This document shows positions 12,617 to 24,640 of a stretch of 64,000 bases of DNA, piece by piece. The notes under the pieces are model-generated. The model was not told the DNA's origin, made no database searches, and was given only the letters and a program-made list of their open reading frames with translations. Location of the stretch: NCBI GenBank assembly GCA_951406725.2, contig OX597815.1, positions 159,836,001 to 159,900,000 of the forward strand. The letters are read 5' to 3'. The stretch comes from Octopus vulgaris. Lineage: Eukaryota. Position 1 is the stretch's first letter. Each line of letters begins with the position of its first letter. A program made the translations under genes and the position numbers.

Positions 12617-13344
12617 TGTATAATTGTTACTCTGTTATTCCTACTTCTTTTTTTTTATCATTGTCTATATTACTTTTTCAGTCTTATCATGTCTACTATC
12701 ATAAGAATTATCTTCATTCTCAATTTTCATAGAGTAGATACTTTCATTTTTAAATATTGGGAAAGCAATTCCAGTTTTGTTTTCTTTTTTTGTAATGAGA
12801 TTGTTAGCTTGTTAAATGAAAACTAAATTGTCTAGATATTGGTCGTTCTGTATTTGGCACTGTTATGTAACATAGTATGATGCCACATAAACAGAGGAAT
12901 AGGTTATTAAAATATTTTTGATTTTGGTGACATTATTCTTCATAAACTCTGAAATACCTACAATTATTTTTCTATTTTTGTTTAATTTGTATGATAAAAT
13001 ATGAGTAGAAGTTATTGTTTTTGCTTGAGGTGTGTCACCTCTATGTCTATAAAAGTGTTTAGTTTAAAACAAAATTTGTATTCAAGACGACAAATTCCTA
13101 GATTAGTATACAATAGTTATCATTTATATTTTTATATCTTGAAGGGAAAAAGGAAAACAGAAAAATGTTGGTTGACTGCTTCTATGATTAAAATATCTTC
13201 CACCTTTTATTTGTATTAGTCTTTGGGCTGCAGCTATACTGGGGCACTACCTTGAAGGATTTTGTCAGACAGTTTGGTCCCAGTACTTATTTTTAAGCCT
13301 GACACTTATTCTATAAGTCTCTTGCTGCCAAACTAAGTTACAGT

Positions 13345-13730
13345 CATCATCATCATCGTTTAACATCCTTTCTCCATGCTAGCATAGGTTGGACGGTTCA
13401 ACCGGGGATCTGGGAAGCCAGGAGGCTGCACCAAGCTCCAGTCTGATCTGGCAGTGTTCTTACAGCTGGATGCCCTTCCTAACGCCAACCACTCCATGAG
13501 TGTAGTGGGTGCTTTTTACGTGCCACCGGCACGGGTGCCAGGCGAGGCTGGCAACGGCCATGATTGGATTGGTGCTTTCTATGTGCCACCGGCATGGAAG
13601 CCAGTCAAGGCGGCACTGGTATCAGTCACATTCGGATGGTGCTTTTTACGTGCCACCGGCACAGGTTCGAAACGGTGTTTCTTTACTTGCCACCCGCACA
13701 GGAGTCAGTCCAGCGGCCCTGGCAAGTCCA
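13345..13730 (-). mobile_element. RTE-derived non-autonomous element (family D) with internal tandem repeats
   Basis: (CAT)n tail, family D motifs and four copies of ggtgcttttacgtgccaccggca. Confidence 0.85.
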
Positions 13731-14097
13731 GCAAACAAACCAACTCCAGTAGTCAATTGGTGGTGGGAATGAACACACACACACAGGATGGGTTTCTTTC
13801 AGTTTCCATGTACAAAATCCACTGACAAGGCTTTGGTCAGCCTGGGGCTATAATGGAAGACACTAACCCAAGGTGCTATTCAGCAGGACTGGACCCAAGA
13901 CAATGGTTGGGAAGTGAGCTTCTTTCCACACAGGCACACTTAGAATAATATTTATTTTATGATTGTTTTTTTTCATATATTTCAGTCAACTTGTTATTTG
14001 GTGCAGGCACAGTATTTTTCATATCAGAGATAGTAAATGGATTTACCTTCTTGTCAGAAGTTTGGAAAAGGTTTTATAAAGAATATATATGAAGTTG

Positions 14098-14358
14098 TGG
14101 AGGCGCATGGCTTAGTGGTTAGGGTGTCAACATCATGATCATAAGATTGTGGTTTTGGTTCCTGGACCGGGCGACGCATTGTGTTCTTGAGCAAAGTACT
14201 TCATTTCACGTTGCTCCAGTCGACTCAGCTGGCAAAAATGAGTAACGCTATGATGGACCAGCGTCCCATCCAGCTGGGGAACACATACGCCATTGAAGCC
14301 GGGAAACCGGGCCCATGAGCCTGGCTAGGTTTTAAAAGGGTACATTTATTTATTATTT
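14098..14358 (+). mobile_element. V-SINE-like tRNA-derived SINE (family C1)
   Basis: A box TGGCTTAGTGG; gtgttcttgagcaaa...gatggaccagcgtcccatccag; (TTTA) tail; 14-bp TSD TATATATGAAGTTG at 14084-14097 and 14359-14372. Confidence 0.9.
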
Positions 14359-15067
14359 TATATATGAAGTTGGTGACTAACCAAAAAGGGTGAGAGTGGA
14401 GTTTGATGAGAATTGATCTGATGTGTGATAAGCTTAAGAGGTATATATTTTGGGGAGATACAAGGCATTGTGGCATGCCATAACTAAATACTCTCCTTAT
14501 CTCTACATGTACCATGCTTGTCTTACAGTATTGCTAATAAAAGACCTCCATGTCAATGTCTGAAGATTCATGAATTTTTATTGGAAGGATATTGCACCTT
14601 TCACTGGTTTAGTTTAACAGTTTATTCTACTGGTATCCTTGTCCCTTGAACTTATCCTTTAGCCACAGGGTCTATTTATCCCTTAAGCTGGGGACTGATT
14701 AATGTGACATTAGGGCATGTCCAAAGACCAGTGTGTAACACTTGCTTAGGATCAACCCTCCTTGGAGTCCTAGTTACCTTAGACACAGGGCTATTTCCTA
14801 CTATCTGACTGCTAACTGGGGCCTTCTCACACAAGAGCAGATAGAGAATAGTGATGACCAAGAGAGAACTTCACACTCCCACAAAACTCCTGACCTCTTG
14901 AGCTGGAACTTCACCATTAGATGCAGTTTAATGTCTTGCCTAGAGCAAAGTAAAACACTAGAGGGTGCTACTATGTAGTCTACCAGAGTATTCCTAGTCT
15001 ACTCTGATCTGGGTTAGGATTATGGTCAGGTTTAGGGTTAAACAGCACACTAAAATGTAAACTCTCG

Positions 15068-15116
15068 TAGGTGCCACATCAGCATATGGTCTACCATATG
15101 CTAATGCAGCACCTAT
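15068..15116. repeat. Short hairpin/palindrome
   Basis: TAGGTGCcaCATcAGCATATGGT-ct-ACCATATGCTaATGcaGCACCTA, preceded by TTAGGG-like units. Confidence 0.7.
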
Positions 15117-15171
15117 TAGAAATTTGAATATCATATAGTTATTCTTATGTAGAATAATATCCCATTGGAAA

Positions 15172-15390
15172 AAGTATCAGTCATGGTCTGACAGGTTTAT
15201 GGTTGAGCCTGTAGCAGTGGAGACCTTTGGCATTCTTGGCTCCTGGTATATATTCCTGCTTGCTGCTGTTGGGGTGGAGATTGCTGTCTGTGAGTGCAAG
15301 CCCCATCAGTCATAGTGGCTGTTCCAGTGCATCTCCCTCACCATCCTCTGGGGCAGTGCATTTCCCATTTTGTCTGCTGGGACCATGAGG
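15172..15390 (+). mobile_element. CRE-clade non-LTR retrotransposon C-terminal relic (restriction-like endonuclease region)
   Basis: Translates KYQSWSDRFMVEPVAVETFGILG...*WLFQCISLTILWGSAFPILSAG, matching the CRE pattern KY..F.P.AVET.G..G...FQRIS.AI.RGNA..IL; one in-frame stop. Confidence 0.75.
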
Positions 15391-15602
15391 CAGTGTGACT
15401 TACAGGTAATTGTAGGTTCCACTTCTTAATGTAAACTTACACACACACGCACACACATATTTATGACACTTTACATAATACACGGTTTTAATGGTGTTGT
15501 AGCTTCTCAGCAAATATTAAATACTTTCTAAGTATTTAATATTTGTGCTGTATTCAATTTCTTCATCTACTATATTTCTGATTAATTATTCAAATCTTTT
15601 AG

Positions 15603-15751
15603 ACTCTGGTCGTTAAATAATTTTCATTTTCAAAATATTTCCAGTAACTATACTCCTCTGACGCAGGGACAAGAAATCCAAATGACCAATGATAGAAAAG
15701 TTGTTACTTTTGACAATTCAAGCAGAAGTAAACAGCAAAATGTCAATCAAG
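15603..15751 (+). CDS. Exon of an unidentified + strand gene (phase 2 to 1): LWSLNNFHFQNISSNYTPLTQGQEIQMTNDRKVVTFDNSSRSKQQNVNQ
   Basis: Acceptor caaatcttttAG, strong donor AAG|GTAAGT, 49 open codons in non-repetitive sequence; internal ATG at 15682. Confidence 0.6.
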
Positions 15752-16097
15752 GTAAGTTGCAATAAGGCTTTTTATTCTCTTCTTTTTTCCATTCATTGTA
15801 TTTGTTTCTAGAGACATAAAAGATAAAGTGGATTTTTACAAAATGATTTCAAAAGTATTCACTGGGAGTAAAATCTGATTTTTCTCATTGCAAGCTATTT
15901 AATTTGAAATGAAATGGTTTTCCTGAAAATGTATATACAGTGAAAAGACATGATGTCAGCTTTGCTAAAGGTGCTGGGTTATTGGTTACCATGAATTCAG
16001 AACTGCAATATTTTAGCTTTTTATGCCTGAACTCATCTTTTCAACTCATCTTTTAAAAGCTTCCTTTCAACTATTATGCTAACTATATTTCTGATTA

Positions 16098-16134
16098 TTT
16101 ATATATATATGTGTATGTATGTGTATACACACAC

Positions 16135-16190
<56 letters not shown>

Positions 16191-16222
16191 ATGTATATAT
16201 ATATATATGTGTGTATGTGTGT

Positions 16223-16273
<51 letters not shown>

Positions 16274-16390
16274 CATATATTTGTATAAATGCATGTGTTT
16301 ATATATATATATATGTGCGTGTGTGTATATGTGTATGTATATATGTGTATGCATACGTGTATATATATGTGTAAATGTATATGTAGATGT

Positions 16391-16432
<42 letters not shown>

Positions 16433-16463
16433 GTGTATATGTACATGTAGATGTATATCTATA

Positions 16464-16494
<31 letters not shown>

Positions 16495-16589
16495 GCACAC
16501 ACACACATATATATATATGTATATGTAGATGCATACATATGTATGTATATGTGCATATATATGTGTGTGTGTGTGCATGTATATATGTG

Positions 16590-16631
<42 letters not shown>

Positions 16632-16637
16632 TACACA
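16098..16637. repeat. Compound (TA)/(TG)/(CA) microsatellite
   Basis: Directly visible. Confidence 0.95.
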
Positions 16638-17052
16638 GAGGAAGAGAAAAGAAAGAAGCGAAGGGTATCTAAATTGCGATTTACTTCTATACTGTAAATA
16701 CATAACCCTTTTTGATTTACATAAACTTTTTCTTTCATTTATTGTGTTGAAATATATTGGTTTCTTTTTCAAGAAGGCACAAAGGCCCTGTATCTAAAGG
16801 AAGAAGGAAATAGGGCACAAGGCAGTCTTGCTTTTTGAAAGCTATTAGTTACATAACTGAAATGAGTTGATTTCAAAGCAAGATTGAAATCTCATTGCTT
16901 GTCTTGGTCTGTTCTGAGCTAGTTATTATCCATCATGAGCCAGAGTATATTGCTTGACACATTCTTAAGTAAATTATGGGAAATAAAGAAAATGGATAAA
17001 TGATGAATTGGTGTACAAATGTATTGCGCTTTGAAAGGAAAAGAATGATATT

Positions 17053-17080
17053 GACATTTCGAGCTGATGGTTTTCATCAG
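17053..17080 (-). ncRNA. Decayed minimal hammerhead ribozyme (Penelope-like)
   Basis: Minus strand reads CTGATGA-AAACCATCAGCTC-GAAA-TGTC: core boxes intact, stem II degenerate. Confidence 0.5.
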
Positions 17081-18605
17081 GATGGCTGAAAGGAGAAAAG
17101 GAAGAGAAAACTATATAGAGTGGAGACAAATGTGTGTTTATGATAGAGAGACAGCATGGTGACTAATATTAGGAAACATGTCAATGAAAGTAAATGGCTT
17201 TAAACAAAGAAGAGCCCACCATGTGACAAATGATTTATCCCTTTTGCATTCAGATTATTCTGTCAAATGTAATGCTTGTTTATCCAGATTCTTTTGAATT
17301 CATTTTGCACTATCTTAAGAGCAGCACTCCATGTGGACTTTTAAGCTGTCTCCTGTAGAGGGCTAATTGGGCCTGTGGCCCAGAAACTGAAGAGAGCAAT
17401 AATAATAAACCATCTATTGGTAGAGTACCAATAGGGTATTATTTTGAATTCAGTTTAAAAGAAAATCTTGTAAGATCACAAATTTTGGGAATTCTTTTAA
17501 AATTCAAATTTTCAACTGTTAGCATATAACAAATCCTCATCCAGATCTGATCCCAATGCTGAATATTCAAGAACCAAATGAAAGGCAGATTTTCAATCCA
17601 GGGATCATTCTAATTCCAGAAAGGTATAATATATCTATGTAGAGCAAATGTAGTCTGAAATACAGGGATCCCAGATGGACAATCAGAATTTCATGTTTAT
17701 TATTGTAGATTATCTCATAGCTTCAAGATTTTGATCAAGTGATTGTTTGTTTTTAGAATGACATTGTCCAGTAGATGTAAGAGGCTGGATCAAGCCAGTA
17801 TGAGCAGATAGAATATTTGGGCTGGATATGGCCGAGTCCCTTTTTCTCCTTCCTATCCCTTGACCATGTGGTCATTAGGGCATACAGTGATGACATTGCA
17901 TCCAGATTTTGCTCTCTATAAGTCAGTGAAACTGAGGGCAGTCTACCCTTTGATGTTAAACTGGCAACCACTGATCTGGTGTGGGTCGTGGCCTGGTCAT
18001 CATCATGACTATGCCATGGACAAATTAGCTTGGTGGTGCCCATTCATCCCCAAGCTGTTAGCCACAACCATGTGCCTCTACCTGAAATATGCTTTGACCC
18101 CAAAAACTAGGTTGTTGACTTGAGCAAGTTCCACTTCTCTAGGCAGTGACTCCTTGAGGAGCCTTACCTGGAGTCTTTCACTGACTGGTGCAGTGTTAAT
18201 ACCATCCTCTCACTTAGTTTAGATGAAGTAGGTTACTTAGGTATGGCACTAGGAGTCATCAAGTGAGTGATTAGGAATTGAATGAGGACCAGTGATGCCT
18301 GTCCACCTGACCATCTCAGGCAAAGTGCAGCTGCCAGACACGAAAGGTACACCCTCTGTTCATAGACACCTACACCCAGGAACAAAGTAGAACTAAATAT
18401 AACCGGTTCTATGCATGTGTTTTTGAAACATAGTAACCAAGTTAACTTGTTTTTGATAGTGGGGTATGTTTGGAAACTCTCCTCATTTCATATGATGTTG
18501 TACACACATTACTTTTACTAGCCAATAGAAAGTGTTTGGTAGAACTGATGTGCATATGGCTAGCATTTTACATCACCAGCACAAATTGAATCAGCACAGT
18601 GAAGG

Positions 18606-18803
18606 TTAGCCCTTTAGCATTTAAAATGACCACATCCGGCAAAAATATTCTGACTGTCCAGATCCAGACTACATCATTCTCAAAATAAATTATCATATCA
18701 TCAAAATCTCGAAGCTATGTGATAATAATGCATGATTAATTCAAAACAACATGAATAAATAAGCATTACATTTGATAGAGTAATTTGTATTCTAGGAGGT
18801 TAA
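18606..18803 (+). mobile_element. piggyBac-type MITE (degenerate)
   Basis: ccctttagcatttaaa...gcattacatttgatagag...ggttaa. Confidence 0.75.
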
Positions 18804-18952
18804 TCATGGGGGAGGTAGTGGTGACAACTTTACGTAGCTTTCAACTTCCAGATATTTGTGGTTAGCTCTATATTGTCTTGTACTTTCTTTAATTATGTGA
18901 TATTAAATTTGCATTGAATAAAGCTAATTATAACGTTGTTTCCTTGATACAG

Positions 18953-18976
18953 ACAACATTAATAAACTTGTAACAG
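18953..18976 (+). CDS. Candidate 24-nt microexon, phase 1-1: (D)NINKLVT
   Basis: Branch-like gCTAAT at about 18923, acceptor gttgtttccttgatacAG, donor CAG|gtatac; continues the frame of exon 15603-15751. Confidence 0.45.
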
Positions 18977-20575
18977 GTATACTCATGTATTTCATTTAAT
19001 CATTTAATATTTGTTTCAATGCATGATATGGAAGTATCTCTTTAAAGATATGGGAGGTATGTGGTTCTTTGCTCAGAGGTTTGTTTTGGAATTATTATGG
19101 TGCTTCTTTTGGTCGAAAAACTAATAAACCAGAAAGGTTTTAGAAAAGAGGGTTCCAGAAAATCAAGTGTTCATACATATAGGCATGTTACTCTTTATAT
19201 GAGAGTTCAGATGTAAAGATAGCTGTGAATGCATGCCTCACAACCCAGCTTATGTATACCACATGTTAATAGTCTGTTGAGTTCTAACAACCAGTAATTA
19301 GTCCTTTGGTAGATCTGAGTCTTCAACCAGATGGTTGATAAATGGTTCTGGCAAGCCAACTCCTAAGTTACTTTCCATATGTTAGTTCCCATCTGAGCAT
19401 TTGACTCACAGCATCATGCAAAAGAGACCGACAGAATAAGTACTAGATTTACAATGAATAAGTCCTGGGGTTGATTTGTTCAGTCAAACTGTAGGATTCA
19501 TGCCAGCATGGAAGACAGACACTAAACAGTGATGATGACAGCAGTGGTGATGGCATTGCTGTCATTGTTTTGAAGTAAGTTTTGATGTTTAGTAATTAAA
19601 TATGGAGTTAGCTACTTTCATGACTGACATCAAAGTTTCCATCAGTCCTGATGATAGAAAAACTTGCATACCACAATTATTTGGGTTTCATGCTTTTTTA
19701 ATGTATGATGTTTACAAATTTTGGTGCAAGACCAGCAATGGGTAAGTTGATTTACAATGACCCCCAGTGTTCAGCTGGTACTTATTTTATTGACTCCAGA
19801 AACATGAAAGACAATACTGACCTCAGCAGAATTTGAACTTAAAGACTGACGAAATGCTGCTAAGCATTTTGCCTGATGTGCTAACGATTCTGCCACCTTG
19901 TTGCCCTTTTCTAATATATAATAAGTAATGTATCAGAAAGTCGATCTTTTTTAATCAAGTTGCTGAATTGTGTGTATACACATATTGTTGTTGTTTTTGT
20001 TGTTAGCGTTTTCTTTGAAGAGGTTTGTATCTGCATCTTTGTGTTCATCATGTTCATTTTCTCATATACTTATATAATTAGATGGCAGTTCATGTATTGT
20101 TAGCTGAAAGTGTTTCTATTCCAGTTATTTGAACTACTAAGTTTTCACCAGATAAACGAAACTAACTTAAGCATTTCCTCTTTAATCATTGCTTCTTTAA
20201 TTTTAAATGAGGTTCCATTTAAGGCTTTTAAGGTGTATAAGAAGACAGGCAGTTCTTTAATTGAAATAGTTTGAGAGCTTTCTGTACATTGCAGCTGCAA
20301 GAGAATTATGTATTCCCATTGATAAATGAGTTTATTATTGATGTTAAGCTTGCTAGTAAATATTTAACCCTTAAAATATGACCAGGCTGAGAGTATGACC
20401 CAACGTTTTTGTATTAGAAAGAAGACCTAGTCTCTTCAGAATATATATCCCTCCTTTTTCTCATTTAGGATTTAGATTTTTTTTTTACTGAGTTTTAAAT
20501 AATGACAATTAATGTTTTAGTTTCATCTGAAAAAATGTTGTTTTTTTCCTAGTCCTTTGAAGACAAATCCTATAA

Positions 20576-21140
20576 GCTTTATCTCTAAAGGCTTAAGAAC
20601 TTCCATTTTCTCTAAAATTGTCATTCATTTCTTGTAAGTTTTTGATGATTAAAAAATTGTATATGTATACAAGATAACAGATAATTTTTTTTTTTGTATA
20701 TAACTGGACAACTAATTCACCTTCTAAAGTTGGTGGGAATGAAACCTAAAAGAATGACTATTAAGACTGGATGTGAGTTTGATCAATGAGTTGCAACTAT
20801 GATCAAAAAGATTCTGCAAGAAAGTTTCATTTACTGAAGAAAAGCAATTCAATTGAAGTAAGAAAAAAAAAGTTGGGTGTCGATATATATTTCCTAATGT
20901 GTATGATGATTTGAAGTGGAACACATACATATAAATAGGCTTTCAATGTAGAAAATGACTAGACACTCTTCTAGGTTTCATACTCACCAGTTTTGGCAGG
21001 TGAATTAGTTCTCTTATATACAAAAAAAAAAAAATCATCTTTTATCTTATATACATAGACAATTTTTTTACCAATAACTTGCAAAAAGTGAATGACAATT
21101 ATAGAGATAATGGAAGTTCTTAAGCCTTTAGAGATAAAGC
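20576..21140. repeat. Long inverted repeat (arms about 185 bp, spacer about 200 nt)
   Basis: Arms 20576-20760 and 20960-21140; the outer 32 bp (20576-20607 and 21109-21140) are perfectly complementary. Confidence 0.9.
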
Positions 21141-21460
21141 CTAAAGTCTTCATCTTGAAGAATTTCTTTAAAATTTCTTGGGAATTCTTTCTCTCATAAC
21201 TAGATGGGAAATAGCTTTGTGAACATATTTAATGATCTGGCCATATAGTATATAAAAGTGTTCGTATAATGTGTCTCAAGAGTATTAACGATTTGTGGGT
21301 TATAACAAGGCCATAAATATCACTTTGCAAGCATTTGTTGCTTATTTTTGCCATTTGAAATTTTGACTGATAATCTGATGACTGGCAGTAGTTAGTCAGT
21401 TGAATTGAAATCTTAAATTTGGAGACAGCATCGTAAGGAATTGTCTCTAATTTCAATAAG

Positions 21461-21493
21461 ATGCCAATGATACACACCTTCAGAAACCCACAG
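21461..21493 (+). CDS. Candidate 33-nt small exon, phase 1-1: (D)ANDTHLQKPT
   Basis: Acceptor tctctaatttcaataAG, donor CAG|gtaata; in frame with the 15603 and 18953 exons. Confidence 0.4.
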
Positions 21494-22931
21494 GTAATAA
21501 ATATTCAGTTTTATAGTTTATTGCTTGCTGCTAACTTTATTGAAAGGGATTGAATAAAATACATGTGCCTCTGTAGGATGTAGTGAATAATAAAATATAC
21601 ATACAAATATATCGTTATATGTAACATAAAATTTATAACTTAAAATTTATGAACATTTCTACTCAATATTTAACTAACTCAACACCTGTTAATGTTTCCA
21701 CTCTATAGAGACAAAGGGAAAATATCACAGATCAACTAACTAAATGATCTGTTGGTATTTCCATGAAATTCAGGCATAATGAAACCACCATGGCAACTAA
21801 TTTTTTTGGTATGCATATTAGAGACAGACAAACATAAGGATAGAAAAATACTACTAATATTTCTGGAATGTACTTAGAATATTCAGCTAAGCATACGTAT
21901 TTTACCATGAGGACTAGTTATTTTTTCTTTTCTATTTTCTCTGATGGTTTTTGAAGAATTTTTTATTTTACCTGTTTTGTTCCCATAAGACATCTAATAT
22001 AAGAAAGTAAATTGGTCGATTTGTTCAAGCATTAAATAGATTGCCATGTGTTATTCATTCTGGCTATCTGTGTACTCTGAGTTCAAATGTTGCCAAGGTT
22101 AACTTTGTTGTCCATCCTTTCAGAGTTGTTGATAGATAAAATAGCTATCCAGTGTTAGAAATAATTCTTTTCCTTTCTCTTTCTGTGTGTGTGTCTCTCT
22201 CTCCCTCTCCCTCTCTTCAGAAGACATTGGAAATGGTCAGACCTGAGGAGGATTGTGCTCTTCTACATTTGAAAGAATGCCAAAACAAATATGCAATTTA
22301 TACAGGAAGTTTTTTTATAAATTTAAAAAGTTTCCTCATTTTTAGATGAATTTGTACAAATTCATAACTTTATCACTGGAGTCTGGAAAGAATGTTTCAT
22401 GATAAAGCTGGCAAAGTATTCCTTTTTCATGATAGTTATTTTATATGAGGCTTTTTTATGAATGATAGTATTTTTATGTATAAGGCTCCTCTGTGTATAT
22501 ATTTGTTTCATAATGCAGGTGAAAATTTACTGAGAAATTGTTGATTACGTTATAGTTGTATTCCTTTTGTTTAGTTACTAAGTTACAAAGCTCTAGATAT
22601 AACAGAATTCATCTTATAGTTTTATGGAAATTAATTCAAAACAATGTGAGCCCATGCAAATAAAATAGGAATCAAAGGAGTTCATAGGTAGAAAATGGTT
22701 GAGAAGCTCTGATCTGACTCAATGAAACTCTGGAATGGTACACCAATATTTAAGCATTGCATTTGATAGAGTAATATGAATATGAAAGGGTTAATTCTTT
22801 ATTAATACAGTACCGTTTTCTCCACTTTCATTCATTAATTTTAAAGAAGACTGACTGTCAGGGTTACCAGAAGCTTAGCTAACTATTGATTCTATATTTC
22901 TCTTGGTACAGGCAGATACTGTATGCCCATA

Positions 22932-23426
22932 TAGTAATCCCTCGACAATTGCATGAGTTATGTTCCACCTCCACCCCAACCCCAACGTAATAGGTGAAAA
23001 TCTACAAAGTACAAACAGTACTATACTGAATATTTTTTTTCTATTATTTTTATAATTTGTATATATTTATTCTATTACAAATGCAAAACAACACCACACA
23101 CTCGCCTCCCGAGTTTCGTTTTCCATGCTGTACGTGCGATCCTTTGTTTACTCATCTTTGGTACACCACATATCTTAATATATTTTAATTAATGTGTTGC
23201 ACAGTGCAGCACTGTACTGTATTTTTATTTATTAATTTAATAATATTTAGGTGTGAAAATGCTTATTTTACCACAGATTTAATTAAAATCTAGAAAAATA
23301 TAAATACCTATTGGCCACAGAAACCCACGATATACTGTGGAGTCCGCAATATAAATTTACATATATTAACCAGAAAAATCCATGATGTGCTGTAGGTGAA
23401 CTGCGATTAGGCAAGTGATTATTGTA
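22932..23426. mobile_element. Tigger/pogo-like non-autonomous DNA transposon (decayed)
   Basis: Ends tagtaatccctcgac and gcaagtgattattg-ta resemble CAGTAATCCCTCG TIRs with TA sites. Confidence 0.6.
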
Positions 23427-23908
23427 TTTACAACTGACACTCCATTCATTATGACAACAAGGGTTCCAGTATAGCCAATCAATGGAACAGCCTGCTCTTG
23501 AAATTAATGTGTAAGTGGCTGAACACTCCACAGACACCTGAACCGTAAGCATAGTTCTGAGAGAGAGTCAGTTTGACAAAGAATGTGACTAGGTTGACCT
23601 TCTGAAATACGGGTACTACTCACTTTTGCCAGCTGAGTGGACTAGAGCAAATATGAAATAATGTGTCTTGCTCAAGGACACAGTGTGCCACCAAGAATTG
23701 AACTCACAACCTTTTGATGGTGAGCCAAATACCTTAACCACTTGACCACACAGTTTCATACCATATGTACAAAGCAAACGAGTGATCAGAGAAGTAAACA
23801 CAACTCAACATTAAACTGGTAAACAGAATAAATATACACATCTTAAAATATTTTTTATTAAGATATAAACAAAATACTGTACACTAACTTGACAAATATA
23901 TACATGCA

Positions 23909-24315
23909 TAGGTGCTGGTATGGCTATGTGGTAAGAAATTTGCTTCTCAACAACTTGGTTCTGGGTTCAGTCCCACTACATGGCACCTTGGGCAAGTGTC
24001 TTCTACTATAGCCTCAGGCTGACCAAAGCCTTGTGAGTGGATTTAGTAGATAGAAACTGAAACTGAAAGGCGGCGAGCTGGCAGAAACATTAGCATGCCG
24101 GGCAAAATGCTTAGCTGTATTTTGTCTGCCGTTATGTTCTGAGTTCAAATTCCACCAAGGTCGACTTTGCCTTTCATCCTTTCGGGGTCAATAAATTAAG
24201 TACCAGTTACACACTGGGGTCGATGTAATCGACTTAATCCCTTTGTCCTTGTTTGTCCCCTCTATGTTTAGCCCCTTGTGGGCAATAAAGAAATAAGAAA
24301 CTGAAAGAAACCCGT

Positions 24316-24360
<45 letters not shown>

Positions 24361-24449
24361 CAATACAATTAAGACTCAGTTGAATTAGGTACTTGAGGCA
24401 TCTTGTTAGGCCGGATTAACATGCACACCCAAATATCATAGAGTGAATA

Positions 24450-24484
<35 letters not shown>

Positions 24485-24640
24485 TGCCACTACTTGGCAA
24501 CTGGTGCTGGGGTGTTTATGTCCCTGTAACTTAGCAGTTCAGCAAACATTGACAATAAAATAAGGTTTGACTAAAATTCTTCAGGGTGGTGCCCCAGCAT
24601 GGTCACAGTCTAATGAGTGAAACAAGTAAAAGGTAGAAAA
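23909..24640 (+). mobile_element. CORE-type SINE (family B) with a nested Meta-type SINE
   Basis: Head at 23909-24065, body resuming after 24300, tail gtggtgccccagcatgg...gtaaaag. Confidence 0.85.
24070..24296 (+). mobile_element. Meta-domain-type tRNA-derived SINE (family A)
   Basis: gcggcgagctggcagaa...gagttcaaattcc...gcctttcatcctttcggggtcaataaattaagtaccag; 11-bp TSD GAAACTGAAAG at 24059-24069 and 24297-24307. Confidence 0.9.

Noticed and set aside
13505-13700. CRISPR-like repeat-spacer pattern (also 58795-58905)
   Set aside because: Internal repeats of a dispersed eukaryotic retroelement; spacers are related to each other and there are no cas genes.
14098-14175. tRNA-like A/B boxes here and in other SINE heads
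   Set aside because: They continue into SINE bodies with tails and TSDs; not tRNA genes.
16076-16797. Long YI/CV/HT-repeat ORFs (also near 9.2, 11.1, 25.2-26.0 and 34.0-34.5 kb)
   Set aside because: Microsatellite translation artefacts.
21990-22006. 17-nt candidate microexon (cccataAG...AAA|gtaaat)
   Set aside because: AAG acceptor and a weaker donor; stop in the phase-1 frame of its neighbours.
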